NCBI GenBank assembly: GCA_963718525.1
Contig: OY970355.1
Location: 2,432,001 to 2,496,000, forward strand
Reading direction: 5' to 3'
Origin: Candidatus Dormiibacterota bacterium
GTDB lineage: Bacteria; Chloroflexota; Dormibacteria; Aeolococcales; Aeolococcaceae
Length of the DNA stretch: 64,000 nucleotides
The notes under the pieces are model-generated. The model was not told the DNA's origin. It saw only the letters and a program-made list of their open reading frames with translations, and made no database searches. This document shows positions 1 through 10,185 of the stretch, piece by piece. Position 1 is the first letter of the stretch; each line of letters opens with the position of its first letter. Position numbers and translations under genes: made by a program.

Positions 1-1007
1 GTGATGTTGTGCAGGCTGACAAGGCGGTGGGCGAGGATCTCGCCGGCCTGGAACAGATGGCGGAGGTAGGCGCGCGAGAAACCGGTGCATGCGGCGCAGG
101 GGCACTCGGGATCGATGGGTCCGTATTCGTCGCGGGCCGCCGTGTTGCGCAACGAGAGGCGTCCGTCCGGGGTCAGCGCGCTCCCATTGCGCGCCAAGCG
201 CGTCGGCACCACGCAGTCGAACATGTCCACCCCAAGGGCGATCGCAGCGAGGAGCTCGGCGTCGGTTCCCAGCCCCATGAAATACCGGGCGCGGCCGGCG
301 GGAAGCTCGGTCACGCTCGCCTCGGTCATGGCGAGCATCGTCTCCACGGGCTCCCCCACCGCCAGGCCCCCGATCGCGACCCCGTCGAAGTCCAGCCCGG
401 ACACGAACTGCGCCGATTCGCGCCGGGCAGCAGCATCGAAGCCTCCCTGGGCGATGCCGAACAGCAGCTGATCGCCACCCGGGTGTGCGGCCCGGCAGCG
501 CTCCGCCCAGCGATGCGTGCGCTCGGTGGCCTCGCGCGTGTCGCCGGGATCCGTGCCGTGCGCAACGGGGTGATCGAGGCACATGAGGACATCGGCGCCG
601 AGGCGCGCCTGGTTGCGCACCGCATCCTCCGGGGTCACCCGCAGCTTCGACCCGTCGTACGGTGAGACGAAGGTCGCGCCCTCGTCGTCGACCCCGGCGA
701 CCTCTGCCAGGCTCACGAGCTGGAAGCCGCCGCTGTCGGTGAGGATCGGATGCTCCCAGTTCATGAACCTGTGGAGGCCGCCGGCGCGCTCGATGACGCC
801 GAGCCCGGGTCGCAACGCAAGGTGATACGCGTTGCAGAGGAGGATGTCGATACCGGCTGCGCGCACCTCCTCCGGATGCAGTGCCTTCACCGTGGCGTGC
901 GTGCCGACGGGCATGAATGCCGGCGTGCGGACGGTGCCGTGCGCGGTGGTCAATGTTCCAGCACGCGCGTGACCGTCGACCGTCTCCGTCGCGAAGGCGG
1001 CCCTCAC
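1..1007 (-). CDS. tgt: tRNA-guanine transglycosylase (3' end outside window)
   Basis: GTG at 1007 overlaps the queA stop; own translation gives ...RAGTLTTAHGTVRTPAFMPVGTHATVK, LCNAYHL, LTDSGGFQ motifs. Confidence 0.95.
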   Translation of the reverse strand, partial: MRAAFATETVDGHARAGTLTTAHGTVRTPAFMPVGTHATVKALHPEEVRAAGIDILLCNAYHLALRPGLGVIERAGGLHRFMNWEHPILTDSGGFQLVSLAEVAGVDDEGATFVSPYDGSKLRVTPEDAVRNQARLGADVLMCLDHPVAHGTDPGDTREATERTHRWAERCRAAHPGGDQLLFGIAQGGFDAAARRESAQFVSGLDFDGVAIGGLAVGEPVETMLAMTEASVTELPAGRARYFMGLGTDAELLAAIALGVDMFDCVVPTRLARNGSALTPDGRLSLRNTAARDEYGPIDPECPCAACTGFSRAYLRHLFQAGEILAHRLVSLHNI

Positions 1008-2032
1008 TGCGCTCGCCAGCAGAGCATGCAGTCACCCCACGAGAGGAACCGATATCCGGCGTCGAGCGCGTGCGCGTATGCGCTCCGCCAGCGGTCGTCG
1101 CCGGTGAATGCGGCGAGCAGCACGAGGAGCGACGACCGGGGTTGATGAAAGTTCGTCAGCAGTCCGTCGACGGCGTGGAAACGATGTCCGGGATGGATGA
1201 ACAGGCCGGTGGTCCCACTCCCGGCCCGGAGCGTTCCGTCCTGTGCGCACGTCTCGAGAACGCGAACCACGGTGGTCCCGACAGCGACGACACGACCGCC
1301 ATTGCGCTGCGCGTGCTCGATCGCCTCCACGGTGGAGGCTGGGAGCGTGTAACGCTCCTCGTGCATCGGGTGATCCTCGACTCGCTCGGTGCGAATGGGT
1401 GCGAAGGTGGCGAGACCGACGTCGAGGCGCAGGGTCGCCCAGCCGACATGCGCGTCGCGAAGGCGGTCGATCATCCGCGCGGTGAAGTGCAGCCCCGCCG
1501 TGGGTGCTGCCGCCGAGTCCGGGTCACCGGTGGCGTACGTCGTCTGGTACCGCTCGGGGTCGCGAAGGTCGGTGTGGATGTACGGCGGGAGCGGTGCGAC
1601 ACCCTCGTCTTCGATGGCAGCGTCGGGGTGGTCCGCGTCGAAGATGACGGTGCGTCCGCCGCGATGCATCGCCGAAACGCCGACCACGGTGGCCTGAAGT
1701 TCGGTGCCGATATGGAGGACGGCGCCGGGTGTGGCCAGCCGTGCCGGGCGGGCGAGGCACTGGTACCTGCCATTCGGCTCGCGCTCGAGGACGAGGAGTT
1801 CGACATCCCTGCCGGCTGCGTCGACGGCGCGCAGGCGGGCGCGCCGCACCCGGGTGTCGTTGACGACCATCAGGTCCCCGGGTTTGAGCAGCCCCGGCAG
1901 GTCGAGAAATGCCCGGTCCTCGATGGCGCCGTCAGGGGTCAGGTGCAGCAGGCGCGACGCGTCCCGCTCGGCCAGGGGTTCCTGCGCGATCCGCTCCACG
2001 GGGAGCGGGTAGTCGAAGTCGCGGGACCTCAA
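1004..2032 (-). CDS. queA: S-adenosylmethionine:tRNA ribosyltransferase-isomerase
   Basis: DFDYPLP..IAQEP, VVNDTRV, AAPTAGLHF, LLTNFHQPRS motifs. Confidence 0.97.
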   Translation of the reverse strand: MRSRDFDYPLPVERIAQEPLAERDASRLLHLTPDGAIEDRAFLDLPGLLKPGDLMVVNDTRVRRARLRAVDAAGRDVELLVLEREPNGRYQCLARPARLATPGAVLHIGTELQATVVGVSAMHRGGRTVIFDADHPDAAIEDEGVAPLPPYIHTDLRDPERYQTTYATGDPDSAAAPTAGLHFTARMIDRLRDAHVGWATLRLDVGLATFAPIRTERVEDHPMHEERYTLPASTVEAIEHAQRNGGRVVAVGTTVVRVLETCAQDGTLRAGSGTTGLFIHPGHRFHAVDGLLTNFHQPRSSLLVLLAAFTGDDRWRSAYAHALDAGYRFLSWGDCMLCWRAQ

Positions 2033-3075
2033 CGCTCGAAGAGCGCGGTCTGCGCCTCTGAGGCGCCGGGTGCGCCGGCCGGTACCGAGAGCCCGAGGTG
2101 CTCGTAGGCCGCGGCGGTGGCAAGGCGCCCGCGCAGCGTGCGTGCGAGCAACCCACGGCGGATGAGGAACGGCTCGACGACATCCTCGATGGTGTCCGGG
2201 TCCTCCTGGACGCTGACCGCGATCGTCTGGACGCCGACGGCGTGGCCGCCCAGGGTGCCGCAGAGCACATTGAGCACGCGCCGGTCGAGCTCGTCCAGCC
2301 CGATCGAGTCGATGCCGAGCACGTCGAGCGCGGCGGCCGCCACGCCGACGTCGATGCGGCCCTCTGCGCGCACCTGGGCATAGTCGCGGGCGCGCCGGAG
2401 CAGCCGGTTGACAATCCGTGGGGTGCCACGGGAGCGTCGCGCAATCATCGCTGCTCCCTCTGGCTCGAGCTCGATGCCGAGCAGACGCGCCGACCGGTTG
2501 GCGATGGCCACCAGGTCGTCGGTGTCGTAGAAGTCGAGCCGGAAGGTGACCCCGAACCGATCCCGGAGCGGCGCGCCGAGGGCGCCTGCCCGGGTCGTGG
2601 CACCGATCACGGTGAAGCGGTTGAGCGTGAGCCGGAGCGTCTGCGCACCGGCCCCCTTGCCGGCGACGAAGTCGAAGGCGAGGTCCTCCATCGCGGGATA
2701 GAGCGCCTCCTCGACCGCGCGGTTGAGGCGGTGCACCTCGTCGATGAAGAAGACGTCGCGCTCCTCCAGGCTCGTGAGGATCGACGCGAGCATCCCCTGG
2801 TGCTCGAGCGCAGGGCCGCTCGTCAGTCGAACGTTGACGCCCATCTCGACGGCGATGATCTGCGCCAGCGTCGTCTTGCCGAGCCCCGGCGGGCCGTAGA
2901 GCAGCACGTGGTCGAGTGCGTCGCCCCGCTGGCGGGCAGCCTCAATCAGGATGCGCACCTGATTCTTGATGGCGGCCTGCCCCACGAAGTCGTCGAGGGT
3001 GCGTGGTCGCAGAGCGGTGTCGGCGACGCGCTCGGCTTCGAGCTCGTCCGGGCTGACGATGCGCTCGTCGCTCAC
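2029..3075 (-). CDS. ruvB: Holliday junction branch migration helicase RuvB
   Basis: LRPRTLDDFVGQ, GPPGLGKTTLA, FIDEVHRL. Confidence 0.98.
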   Translation of the reverse strand: MSDERIVSPDELEAERVADTALRPRTLDDFVGQAAIKNQVRILIEAARQRGDALDHVLLYGPPGLGKTTLAQIIAVEMGVNVRLTSGPALEHQGMLASILTSLEERDVFFIDEVHRLNRAVEEALYPAMEDLAFDFVAGKGAGAQTLRLTLNRFTVIGATTRAGALGAPLRDRFGVTFRLDFYDTDDLVAIANRSARLLGIELEPEGAAMIARRSRGTPRIVNRLLRRARDYAQVRAEGRIDVGVAAAALDVLGIDSIGLDELDRRVLNVLCGTLGGHAVGVQTIAVSVQEDPDTIEDVVEPFLIRRGLLARTLRGRLATAAAYEHLGLSVPAGAPGASEAQTALFER

Positions 3076-3686
3076 CGCGAGGCGCCTGCGGTGTCGAGCC
3101 GGCGCAGGGCTGCACCGACAAGGTCGGCGACGTCACGCCCGTTGCCGTCGACGGCGATCGCGGCGACGGCGCTGCGTGCTTCGGACTCGCGGAAGCCGAG
3201 ACCGACGAGGCCGGCGATCGCGGCCGCGACGGCTTGGTTTTCGCCGGTGGCTGCCGGATGCTGGGTGCCCGGAGGCTCGAGAGCACCGACCTTGTCGCGC
3301 AACTCGAGGATCACACGCTCAGCGGTCTTGCGCCCGATGCCCGGGACGGTGGCGACCAGCGCGATGTCCCCCTCCGCGATGGCGCGCACCAGGGTGGGGA
3401 GCTCGGCTCGGCCGAGTATCCCGAGTGCCGCCTTTGGCCCGATGCGTTCGACACCGATGAGCAGGCGGAAGAGGCGCAGCTCGTCATCGGTGACGAACCC
3501 GTAGAGGCGGATGGCGTCTGCGCTGACGCTGGTGTGCACGTGCAGCGTCACCTCGGTGTCGCGCGAAGTGTGCAGCGTGGCAATGGTGCGCAGGTGGCAG
3601 AACACCTCGTACCCGACGCCGCCGGTGTCGACGACAACCTGGTCGTCGCCGACCTGCACGAGCGCTCCACGGATCAGCGCGATCAT
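3072..3686 (-). CDS. ruvA: Holliday junction branch migration protein RuvA
   Basis: GVGYEV, LYGF, HhH motifs IGPKAAL and VPGIGRKTAERVILEL. Confidence 0.97.
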   Translation of the reverse strand: MIALIRGALVQVGDDQVVVDTGGVGYEVFCHLRTIATLHTSRDTEVTLHVHTSVSADAIRLYGFVTDDELRLFRLLIGVERIGPKAALGILGRAELPTLVRAIAEGDIALVATVPGIGRKTAERVILELRDKVGALEPPGTQHPAATGENQAVAAAIAGLVGLGFRESEARSAVAAIAVDGNGRDVADLVGAALRRLDTAGASR

Positions 3687-4249
3687 GGAACGCTGCGCAC
3701 GAGCGATGCACGCGCACGGCTGACCGCGACGTCGAGTGCACTCTCACGGCGTTCCCGCGTTCGCGATGTGAGCGTGCCCAGGCGCGCGCGATGGTGGTGG
3801 CACACGGCGACGGCGCAGGCGTCGGCGACATCGTCGTGTCCCGGGATGTCCCGCACGCCGAGCAGGTTGGCGACCATGCGCGCGACCTGCGGTTTGCGGG
3901 CTGCGCCGTAGCCGCACACCGCCTCCTTCACCTGCGTGGGTGTGTACTCCGCAACCGCGACACCCTCGCGGGCGAGCGCGCACAGCACCACACCTCGTGC
4001 TTCGCTGACGCGCATCGCGGTGCGCCGGTTCGTCGAGAAGAACAGCTGCTCAACAGCGGCGACCTCGGGTCGAAGCGAGGTGCACGCACCGACCACGAGG
4101 TCGAAGAGGATCGCCAGTCGCGCAGCCTCGCTGGTCTGCGGCACCGTCTCGATGCATGCCGCGTGCAACAACACGAGGTTTCCCGGTGTCCCCTCGACGA
4201 TGGCCACGCCGGTGCGTGCGAGCCCCGGGTCGATCCCGAGGACTCTCAT
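3683..4249 (-). CDS. ruvC: Crossover junction endodeoxyribonuclease RuvC
   Basis: VLGIDPG, AVEQLFF, EYTPTQVK, DDVADA. Confidence 0.97.
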   Translation of the reverse strand: MRVLGIDPGLARTGVAIVEGTPGNLVLLHAACIETVPQTSEAARLAILFDLVVGACTSLRPEVAAVEQLFFSTNRRTAMRVSEARGVVLCALAREGVAVAEYTPTQVKEAVCGYGAARKPQVARMVANLLGVRDIPGHDDVADACAVAVCHHHRARLGTLTSRTRERRESALDVAVSRARASLVRSVP

Positions 4250-4270
4250 CCGGCTCGGAGGGCGCAGCGC

Positions 4271-5029
4271 TCAGCTGACAGCGTCAAGGACGTCGTCCGG
4301 TATCTCGGCATTGGCGTAGACCTGCTGGACGTCGTCGTGCTCCTCGAGACCGTCGAGGAGGCGGAGGACCTGACGAGCCTGCGACGCGTCGAGTGGCACC
4401 GAGGTCGTCGGGTTCATGGTGACCTCCGCGGAGCCCACCGAGTAGTTGCGTTCCTCGAGCGTGCGCCGCACCTCTTCGAAACGGGATGGAGCCACGGTCA
4501 CGACCACCTCGTCGCCATCCACGCTCACATCACCGTCCTCACCGACGTCGACGGCGTCGAGCAGCTCGAGCGCGAGTTCGTCCGGGTCACGCTTGCCGGC
4601 TTCGATGGTGATGACCCCTTGTTGATTGAACATCCAGGCGACGCTGTTCGCCTCGCCGAGCGCGCCGCCAGAGCGCGTGAACGCGTTGCGGATCCCCGCG
4701 ACCGTGCGATTGCGGTTATCGGTCAGCGTGTCCACCATCACCGCGACACCGTGCGGCCCGTAGCCCTCGTATCGCACCTCTTCGAGCTGCACGCCATCCT
4801 TCCCGCCGGCACCCCGCTGGATGGCCCGGTCGATGTTGTCTGCGGGCATGTTCACCTCTCGGGCCTTCTGGATGGCAAGGCGCAGACGGAAGTTGCCCTC
4901 GACATCAGGGCCGCCCTCGCGGGCGGCGACCGTCAGCTCGCGTGTGACCTTGGTGAACACCTGGCCGCGACGAGCGTCGACGATCGCTTTCTTGTGCTTG
5001 ATTCCAGCCCACTTGCTGTGACCGGACAT
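4271..5029 (-). CDS. yebC: YebC/PmpR family protein
   Basis: MSGHSKWAGIKHKK, YEGYGPHG, TDNRNRT; usual position upstream of ruvC. Confidence 0.96.
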   Translation of the reverse strand: MSGHSKWAGIKHKKAIVDARRGQVFTKVTRELTVAAREGGPDVEGNFRLRLAIQKAREVNMPADNIDRAIQRGAGGKDGVQLEEVRYEGYGPHGVAVMVDTLTDNRNRTVAGIRNAFTRSGGALGEANSVAWMFNQQGVITIEAGKRDPDELALELLDAVDVGEDGDVSVDGDEVVVTVAPSRFEEVRRTLEERNYSVGSAEVTMNPTTSVPLDASQARQVLRLLDGLEEHDDVQQVYANAEIPDDVLDAVS

Positions 5030-5098
5030 GGATCCTCCGAGACGAACAGGCGTTCCGATTCTAGCGCAGCCCAGAACCCAGTCTAGGACTCCCGGTCC

Positions 5099-5127
5099 TT
5101 GTGGTAAGCGGCGGACAGGTCTATGGT
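5099..5127 (+). promoter_or_regulatory. putative sigma70 promoter TTGTGG-N17-TATGGT
   Basis: hexamers and 17-nt spacing read directly; divergent from yebC. Confidence 0.45.
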
Positions 5128-5130
5128 TAG

Positions 5131-5460
5131 GGGGAAGCGTCGGCAATCAGACGGAGGTAGGAATACCAATGTTGCGAGCCGTCTGGCACCGTTTTCGGCA
5201 CGGTCGAGCGGAGGGTTGAGGCCCGGCTGACGGGCCCCTGACCGCACGACCATGGCGCCCCCGTCGAGGTCGCTGGGCAATCGGCGTCCCCCGGGCTGGC
5301 CCGGACATGGGCGAGTGCGCGTTGTGCGGGCTGGGAGGCTCGTACCGGGCGTTTCTCCGAACCCGGCACCGGTTTCGGTGCCATCAAGAGCCCGGGAATT
5401 TCTACCGGGCTGCCGTATCAAACGGTGCATAAACCAAGGGGCCGGCTAGTCCGGCCCCTT
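5131..5460 (+). ncRNA. candidate structured ncRNA (possibly with a 16-aa ORF at 5169-5219)
   Basis: promoter upstream, several hairpins including a GCAA tetraloop, long-range helix 5242-5250/5321-5329, terminal hairpin; no long credible ORF. Confidence 0.45.
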
Positions 5461-5461
5461 T
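5436..5461. terminator. intrinsic (possibly bidirectional) terminator
   Basis: AAGGGGCCGG-CTAGT-CCGGCCCCTTT hairpin directly after the mpg stop. Confidence 0.7.
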
Positions 5462-6099
5462 CATTTGCCGCCCGGCGGTGGGTCACCCTCGCGCGGCACG
5501 GGTCGCGAGACGGCGGGATCACCGCGCCAGCTGAACCGCAGCAACCGGTCGGCGGCATTGCGCAGTCCGACACGGGTTCCGACGGCGATGGGAGGCGTCG
5601 AGGTCCGCGGCCGGATGTGCACTCGTGAGGCCGGATCGATCAGATCGATGCCGTCGTCCGCGCGGGTGATCCCCAGTCCCCGGCAGAGGTTGCCCGGTCC
5701 GCGAAGCAGCCCGGCGTCTTCGGCCCCGCCACGCCGTGCCGCCACCACGGGCCCACCCTCCTCCAGCGCGGCGGCACGAAGCAGCACCGCGCCAGCGGTG
5801 CCGTCCACCTCGGTGACCACGTTGGCGCAGTGATGCATGCCGTAGGTGAAGTACACGTAGAGGTGCGCAGCCGGGCCGAACATCACCCGCGATCGCGGGG
5901 TCGGACCGCGGAACGCATGGGACGCGGGATCGCTGGTTCCGAGGTATGCCTCGGTCTCCACGATACGGGCCACGGCGACGTTCGACGTTTCCGCGTCGAC
6001 GACGATCATGCAGCCCACCAGATCTCGGGCGACCTCTTCCGTTGGCCGCGCGAACCACTCGCGGGGCAGCTCGGTTACCGGCGAATCTCCGCGTCGCAT
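5461..6099 (-). CDS. mpg: DNA-3-methyladenine glycosylase (MPG family); start uncertain
   Basis: IVETEAYLG..DPASHA, YVYFTYGMHHCANVV, GAVLLRA, GPGNLC. Confidence 0.93.
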   Translation of the reverse strand: MRRGDSPVTELPREWFARPTEEVARDLVGCMIVVDAETSNVAVARIVETEAYLGTSDPASHAFRGPTPRSRVMFGPAAHLYVYFTYGMHHCANVVTEVDGTAGAVLLRAAALEEGGPVVAARRGGAEDAGLLRGPGNLCRGLGITRADDGIDLIDPASRVHIRPRTSTPPIAVGTRVGLRNAADRLLRFSWRGDPAVSRPVPREGDPPPGGK

Positions 6100-8564
6100 C
6101 GCTCGGCAAGCGCTCTGGCGATCACGTCCTGGGCGCGCTGTGCCTCCTCGCCCGTCAAGGTGCGGTCGGGTGCCCGGAACGTGAGCCGGAACGTCCAACC
6201 CTTCCTCCCCGCCTCGAGCCTGCCGCCCCGATACTCGTCGTACAGCTCGGCGCTTTCGAGCAGGGGTTCCCGTGCATCACGAATTGCGGCGATGGCATCG
6301 CCGGCCTGGCGGTCGGTGGCAACAGTCACCGCCAGATCCTGGACGATCGCGGGAAATCGAGGGGGTTGCACGTATCGGATCGGTCGTGGCGCCGCAGGCG
6401 CGATCGCATCGATGCGCAGCTCACCGACCGCGGCGCGTCCCCGAATCTCGAATGCTGCGGCGGTTTCGAACGACAGCTCGCCGAGAACGCCGACGGTGTC
6501 GTCGCCGAGCCGGAGGAGCGCACTGCGTCCTGGGTGCAGCCCCGATTCCGCTGACGGCCCGGAGCGAAGCTGGGCGCTCGCGAGGTCGCGGCTGATGCGC
6601 TCGAACACCGACTGCACGTGTCGAATCGCCCGTGCGGCGTCCTCAGCCGACCCGCTCGACACATGCACGGCGAGGCTGAGCAACAGGGGCTCGAGCGGCA
6701 GCGGGGGGAGCTCGCGGTCGGCACCGTCGGCCGTCGAGCCCGGCGGAAGCCCGGCTCGTTCGCCCTCCCAGAACGCGCGGCCGAGCTCGAAGAGCATCAC
6801 GTCGTCGGTGCCGCGGTTCACGTTGGACGCGAGCGCCGCGCAGAGCCGGGGGAGCTGCGACGTGCGCAGCAGGCTCCACTCATCACTGAGGGGATTGCGC
6901 AGTGGGAGTGGCGTGCGATCGCGCCCGAGCCCGGGCAGGAGCTTCGCATCGAGCGGACCGACGAACGAGAACGTGATTGCCTCGTCGAAGCCGGCCCCGA
7001 CGCAGACGTCGCGGATCTCATCGTCAAGCGGGGGTGGCGAAGCCGTTCGGCTCACCTCGACGCGCCGGCCCGGGAGCGTGCTCGGCACCCGCGAGTACCC
7101 GATCATCCGTCCGACCTCCTCGACGAGGTCCTCCGGAATCGACACGTCGCGACGGAAATACGGTGGCATGACGGTCAGGGTGGCTCCGTCCTGCTCCACC
7201 GCGAAACCGAGGCGCGCGAGTGTCGTGGCGATCTCGGTCGCGTCGATCGGGATTCCCAGCAGATCGCCCGTGAATCGTGCGGTCAGCGAGATCGGACCGA
7301 GCTCCGGAAGTGGCTGCGGCCATTGGTCGATCGTGCCGCTCAGCACGTGTCCGCCTGACAGCTCTGCGATCAGCGCCGCCGCGCGATCAAGCGCGATCGG
7401 TGGGAGTCGGTCGCTCACTCCCTTCTCGAAGACTGTCGAAGCATCGGTGCGCAGCCCCAGCCGCTTGGAGGTCGCGCGAATGGTCGGCCCATCCCAATTC
7501 GCCGCCTCCAGGAGCACGGTCCTGGTTGCGTCGGTGACCGCTGTCGCGCTGCCTCCGATGATCCCGGCGATGCTGGCGGGAGTCGCGCCGGCGCACACCA
7601 CGAGGTCGTCAGGAGAGAGCTCGCGGTCGATGCCGAGCAGATCGACGACGTGTTCACCCGCTGCGGCGCGGCGAACGATCACGTCGGCCGGCTTCGTAGC
7701 CCCGGCCTCAGCGAATCGATCGAGATCGAATGCGTGCAGGGGTTGACCGAGCTCGTGGAGCACGAAATTGGTGATGTCGACCACGTTGTTGATGGGTCGC
7801 AGGCCGACGGCACGCAGTCGTTGGCGCAGCCAGCCAGGCGATGGGCCGACAGCCAAGCCCTCGATCACTCGAGCCGCGAATCGCGGGCAACCGTCTGGAT
7901 CCTCGATCCGGACCTGCGCGCGCAGCTCGGCGGATGTCGCCGAAAGAAACTCCTCAGGTACGGAGGAGGGCGGTTCGTTCAGCCCCTCGCCGAGCGCCGC
8001 CGCGAGCTCGCGGGCGATGCCGACGTGGCACAGGCAGTCGGGCCGGTTGGTCGTGACGTCGAGGTCGAGGACGGTATCGAGCGCCAGCACTTCGCCGAGC
8101 CCCTGTCCCGGGATTCCCTCATCGAGGATGAGGATGCCATCGGCGTCCTCCCCCACCCCGAGCTCGATAGCGGAGCAGAGCATCCCGGGCGACTTGTGGC
8201 CGCGGATCGTCTTGACTCCGAGGCGCTCGTCGATCGCCGGAGGGCGCGATCCCGGCGGCGCGTAGGGGACCAGGTCGCCCACCTTGACGTTCGGGGCGCC
8301 GGTGAGGACTTTCACCGTCCCCGGCACGACGCTGAAGCTCTCGAGTGGCGCTGGGACCTGCCCGCCGAGATCGAGATCGGCAAATTGCAGGTGGGACGAA
8401 CCTGGAACCGGCCCGACCGACGTGATCCGCGCGACGAGGAGGCCTTCGCCCCCGAGTTCCACGGCTCCGACCTCGGTGCCGGTGTCGACGAGCGTTTTCA
8501 CGATCGTCGCAACGGGTGCGTCGAGGGTTGCGTAGTCGCGAAGCCAGCGAAGGGAGAACTTCAC
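6075..8564 (-). CDS. pheT: Phenylalanyl-tRNA synthetase beta subunit
   Basis: TNRPDCL, INNVVDITNFV, GQPLHAFD, C-terminal FDX-ACB domain. Confidence 0.97.
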   Translation of the reverse strand: MKFSLRWLRDYATLDAPVATIVKTLVDTGTEVGAVELGGEGLLVARITSVGPVPGSSHLQFADLDLGGQVPAPLESFSVVPGTVKVLTGAPNVKVGDLVPYAPPGSRPPAIDERLGVKTIRGHKSPGMLCSAIELGVGEDADGILILDEGIPGQGLGEVLALDTVLDLDVTTNRPDCLCHVGIARELAAALGEGLNEPPSSVPEEFLSATSAELRAQVRIEDPDGCPRFAARVIEGLAVGPSPGWLRQRLRAVGLRPINNVVDITNFVLHELGQPLHAFDLDRFAEAGATKPADVIVRRAAAGEHVVDLLGIDRELSPDDLVVCAGATPASIAGIIGGSATAVTDATRTVLLEAANWDGPTIRATSKRLGLRTDASTVFEKGVSDRLPPIALDRAAALIAELSGGHVLSGTIDQWPQPLPELGPISLTARFTGDLLGIPIDATEIATTLARLGFAVEQDGATLTVMPPYFRRDVSIPEDLVEEVGRMIGYSRVPSTLPGRRVEVSRTASPPPLDDEIRDVCVGAGFDEAITFSFVGPLDAKLLPGLGRDRTPLPLRNPLSDEWSLLRTSQLPRLCAALASNVNRGTDDVMLFELGRAFWEGERAGLPPGSTADGADRELPPLPLEPLLLSLAVHVSSGSAEDAARAIRHVQSVFERISRDLASAQLRSGPSAESGLHPGRSALLRLGDDTVGVLGELSFETAAAFEIRGRAAVGELRIDAIAPAAPRPIRYVQPPRFPAIVQDLAVTVATDRQAGDAIAAIRDAREPLLESAELYDEYRGGRLEAGRKGWTFRLTFRAPDRTLTGEEAQRAQDVIARALAERCDAEIRR

Positions 8565-9619
8565 TGTGCGTGCCGCTCCGCCGGCGCCTCGGGCACCACC
8601 TCGGGAACCAGGAAGCGGACGTCGTTGTCATAGATGAGGCGCAGGTCGGGGATGCCCCACGCCAGCATCGCGGCGCGCTCGATACCCATGCCGAAGGCGA
8701 AGCCGGAATAACGCTCGGGGTCGACCCCGCCGTTGCGCAGCACCTGGGGATGCACCATCCCGCTGCCCAGGAGCTCGAGCCATCCGCTGTGCTTGCAGAC
8801 GCTGCATCCCGACCCCCCGCATACGACGCAGGCGAGCTCCAACTCGAGCGAGGGCTCGGTGAAGGGAAAATGGTGCGGCCGCCATTGCAGCTTCGAGGCC
8901 GCCCCGAAGAACGATCGGGCGAAGAACTCGAGGGTTCCCTTGAGGTCACTGACCGCGATCCCCTCGTCGACGCAGAGCCCCTCGACCTGGTGAAACATCG
9001 GGCTGTGGGTGGCGTCGTGGTCGCGGCGAAATGCCTTGCCGGGAACGATCACCCGCTGCGGCGCGCCGCGGATGAGCATGCTGCGGATCTGCACCGGCGA
9101 GGTGTGTGTCCTCAGCAGCCGTGAATCATCGATGTAGAACGTATCCTGCGAATCGCGCGCAGGGTGGCCCGGCGGCTGGTTGACGAGCGTGAAGTTGTAG
9201 CGGTCGTACTCGACTTCAGGGCCTTCGACACTCTCGAAGCCGAGCAGTCCGAAGATTCGCCGCATCTCGCGGGCGGCAAGCGTCACCGGGCTCAGACGGC
9301 CCCGGCGAAGCGACGGAGCCGGTCGCGTGAGATCGAGCGTCTCCACTTCCATGCTCTGAGCCCTGGCTGCGTGCTCGATGGTGCGCTGGCGCTCGCCGAT
9401 GGCATCGGTCACCCGCTCGACGAGCACGTTGACCATCTGGCCCATCTGACGCCGCCCGTCAGGGTCCGGGATCTTGCCCAGCCCACGTCGGAAGGAGGTC
9501 AGCTCACCGTCGCCGCGGCCGAGGTACCGGGACCGCACCGCGTCGAGCGCGGCCAGGTCCGGCGCGGCGGCGACCGCCTCGAGAGCTTCCGCCGCCACGC
9601 TGTGGAGGTCGGCGGTCAC
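8561..9619 (-). CDS. pheS: Phenylalanyl-tRNA synthetase alpha subunit
   Basis: [38 protein letters not shown]; GTG overlaps the rplT stop. Confidence 0.97.
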   Translation of the reverse strand: MTADLHSVAAEALEAVAAAPDLAALDAVRSRYLGRGDGELTSFRRGLGKIPDPDGRRQMGQMVNVLVERVTDAIGERQRTIEHAARAQSMEVETLDLTRPAPSLRRGRLSPVTLAAREMRRIFGLLGFESVEGPEVEYDRYNFTLVNQPPGHPARDSQDTFYIDDSRLLRTHTSPVQIRSMLIRGAPQRVIVPGKAFRRDHDATHSPMFHQVEGLCVDEGIAVSDLKGTLEFFARSFFGAASKLQWRPHHFPFTEPSLELELACVVCGGSGCSVCKHSGWLELLGSGMVHPQVLRNGGVDPERYSGFAFGMGIERAAMLAWGIPDLRLIYDNDVRFLVPEVVPEAPAERHAQ

Positions 9620-9978
9620 GCCTTGGTGAGAGCGCCCCGGGCGACTTCGACGAGCTGCTGAAACGACCCCGAATCCTTGACCGCGATGTCGGCGAGCATC
9701 TTGCGATTCACCTCGACGCCGGCCTCTTTGAGGCCGTGCATGAACTGGTTGTACGCAAGGCCGTGCTGCCGTGCCGCAGCGTTGATGCGCGCGATCCACA
9801 GACCGCGCATGTCACCTTTGCGCTGCTTGCGGTCGCGGTACGCGTACGCGAGCGAATGCATGACCGCTTCGTTGGCGTTCTTGTAGAGCCGATGACGAGC
9901 CCCCTGCATCCCCTCGGCCATCTCGAGGATCTTCCGGTGCCGAGCCTTGGCCGTCACCCCACGCTTCACTCTGGCCAT
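9616..9978 (-). CDS. rplT: 50S ribosomal protein L20
   Basis: [27 protein letters not shown]. Confidence 0.98.
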   Translation of the reverse strand: MARVKRGVTAKARHRKILEMAEGMQGARHRLYKNANEAVMHSLAYAYRDRKQRKGDMRGLWIARINAAARQHGLAYNQFMHGLKEAGVEVNRKMLADIAVKDSGSFQQLVEVARGALTKA

Positions 9979-9987
9979 GTCGCTCTC

Positions 9988-10185
9988 CTAAAGGTAGGGT
10001 GCAAGCCGGATCACCTTGCGGCGGTCCGACGAGGACACCTCGTGTTGCATCCGGTACTGGCGCTTGCGCTTGGCGCTCTTGTGCTCGAGCAGGTGCGAGC
10101 GAAACGCCTTGCGCCGCATCACCTTTCCCGTCGAGGTGACGCGGAGCCGCTTCGCGGTTCCCTTATGGGTTCGTATCTTCGGCAT
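9988..10185 (-). CDS. rpmI: 50S ribosomal protein L35
   Basis: MPKIRTHKGTAKR; between infC and rplT. Confidence 0.97.
   Translation of the reverse strand: MPKIRTHKGTAKRLRVTSTGKVMRRKAFRSHLLEHKSAKRKRQYRMQHEVSSSDRRKVIRLAPYL

Noticed and set aside
5385-5430. purine riboswitch (TTTCTACC...CCGTA)
   Set aside because: The P2 loop and kissing-loop features are missing, the motif sits in a simple hairpin, and no gene follows.
5131-5460. tmRNA, RNase P or SRP RNA
   Set aside because: No T-arm/CCA end or ALAA-type tag, no GAGGAAAGUCC, no SRP domain IV motif.
5830-7746. long antisense ORFs (also 21471-23105, 52684-54633, 60581-62650 and others)
   Set aside because: Shadow ORFs opposite well-supported genes in high-GC DNA.
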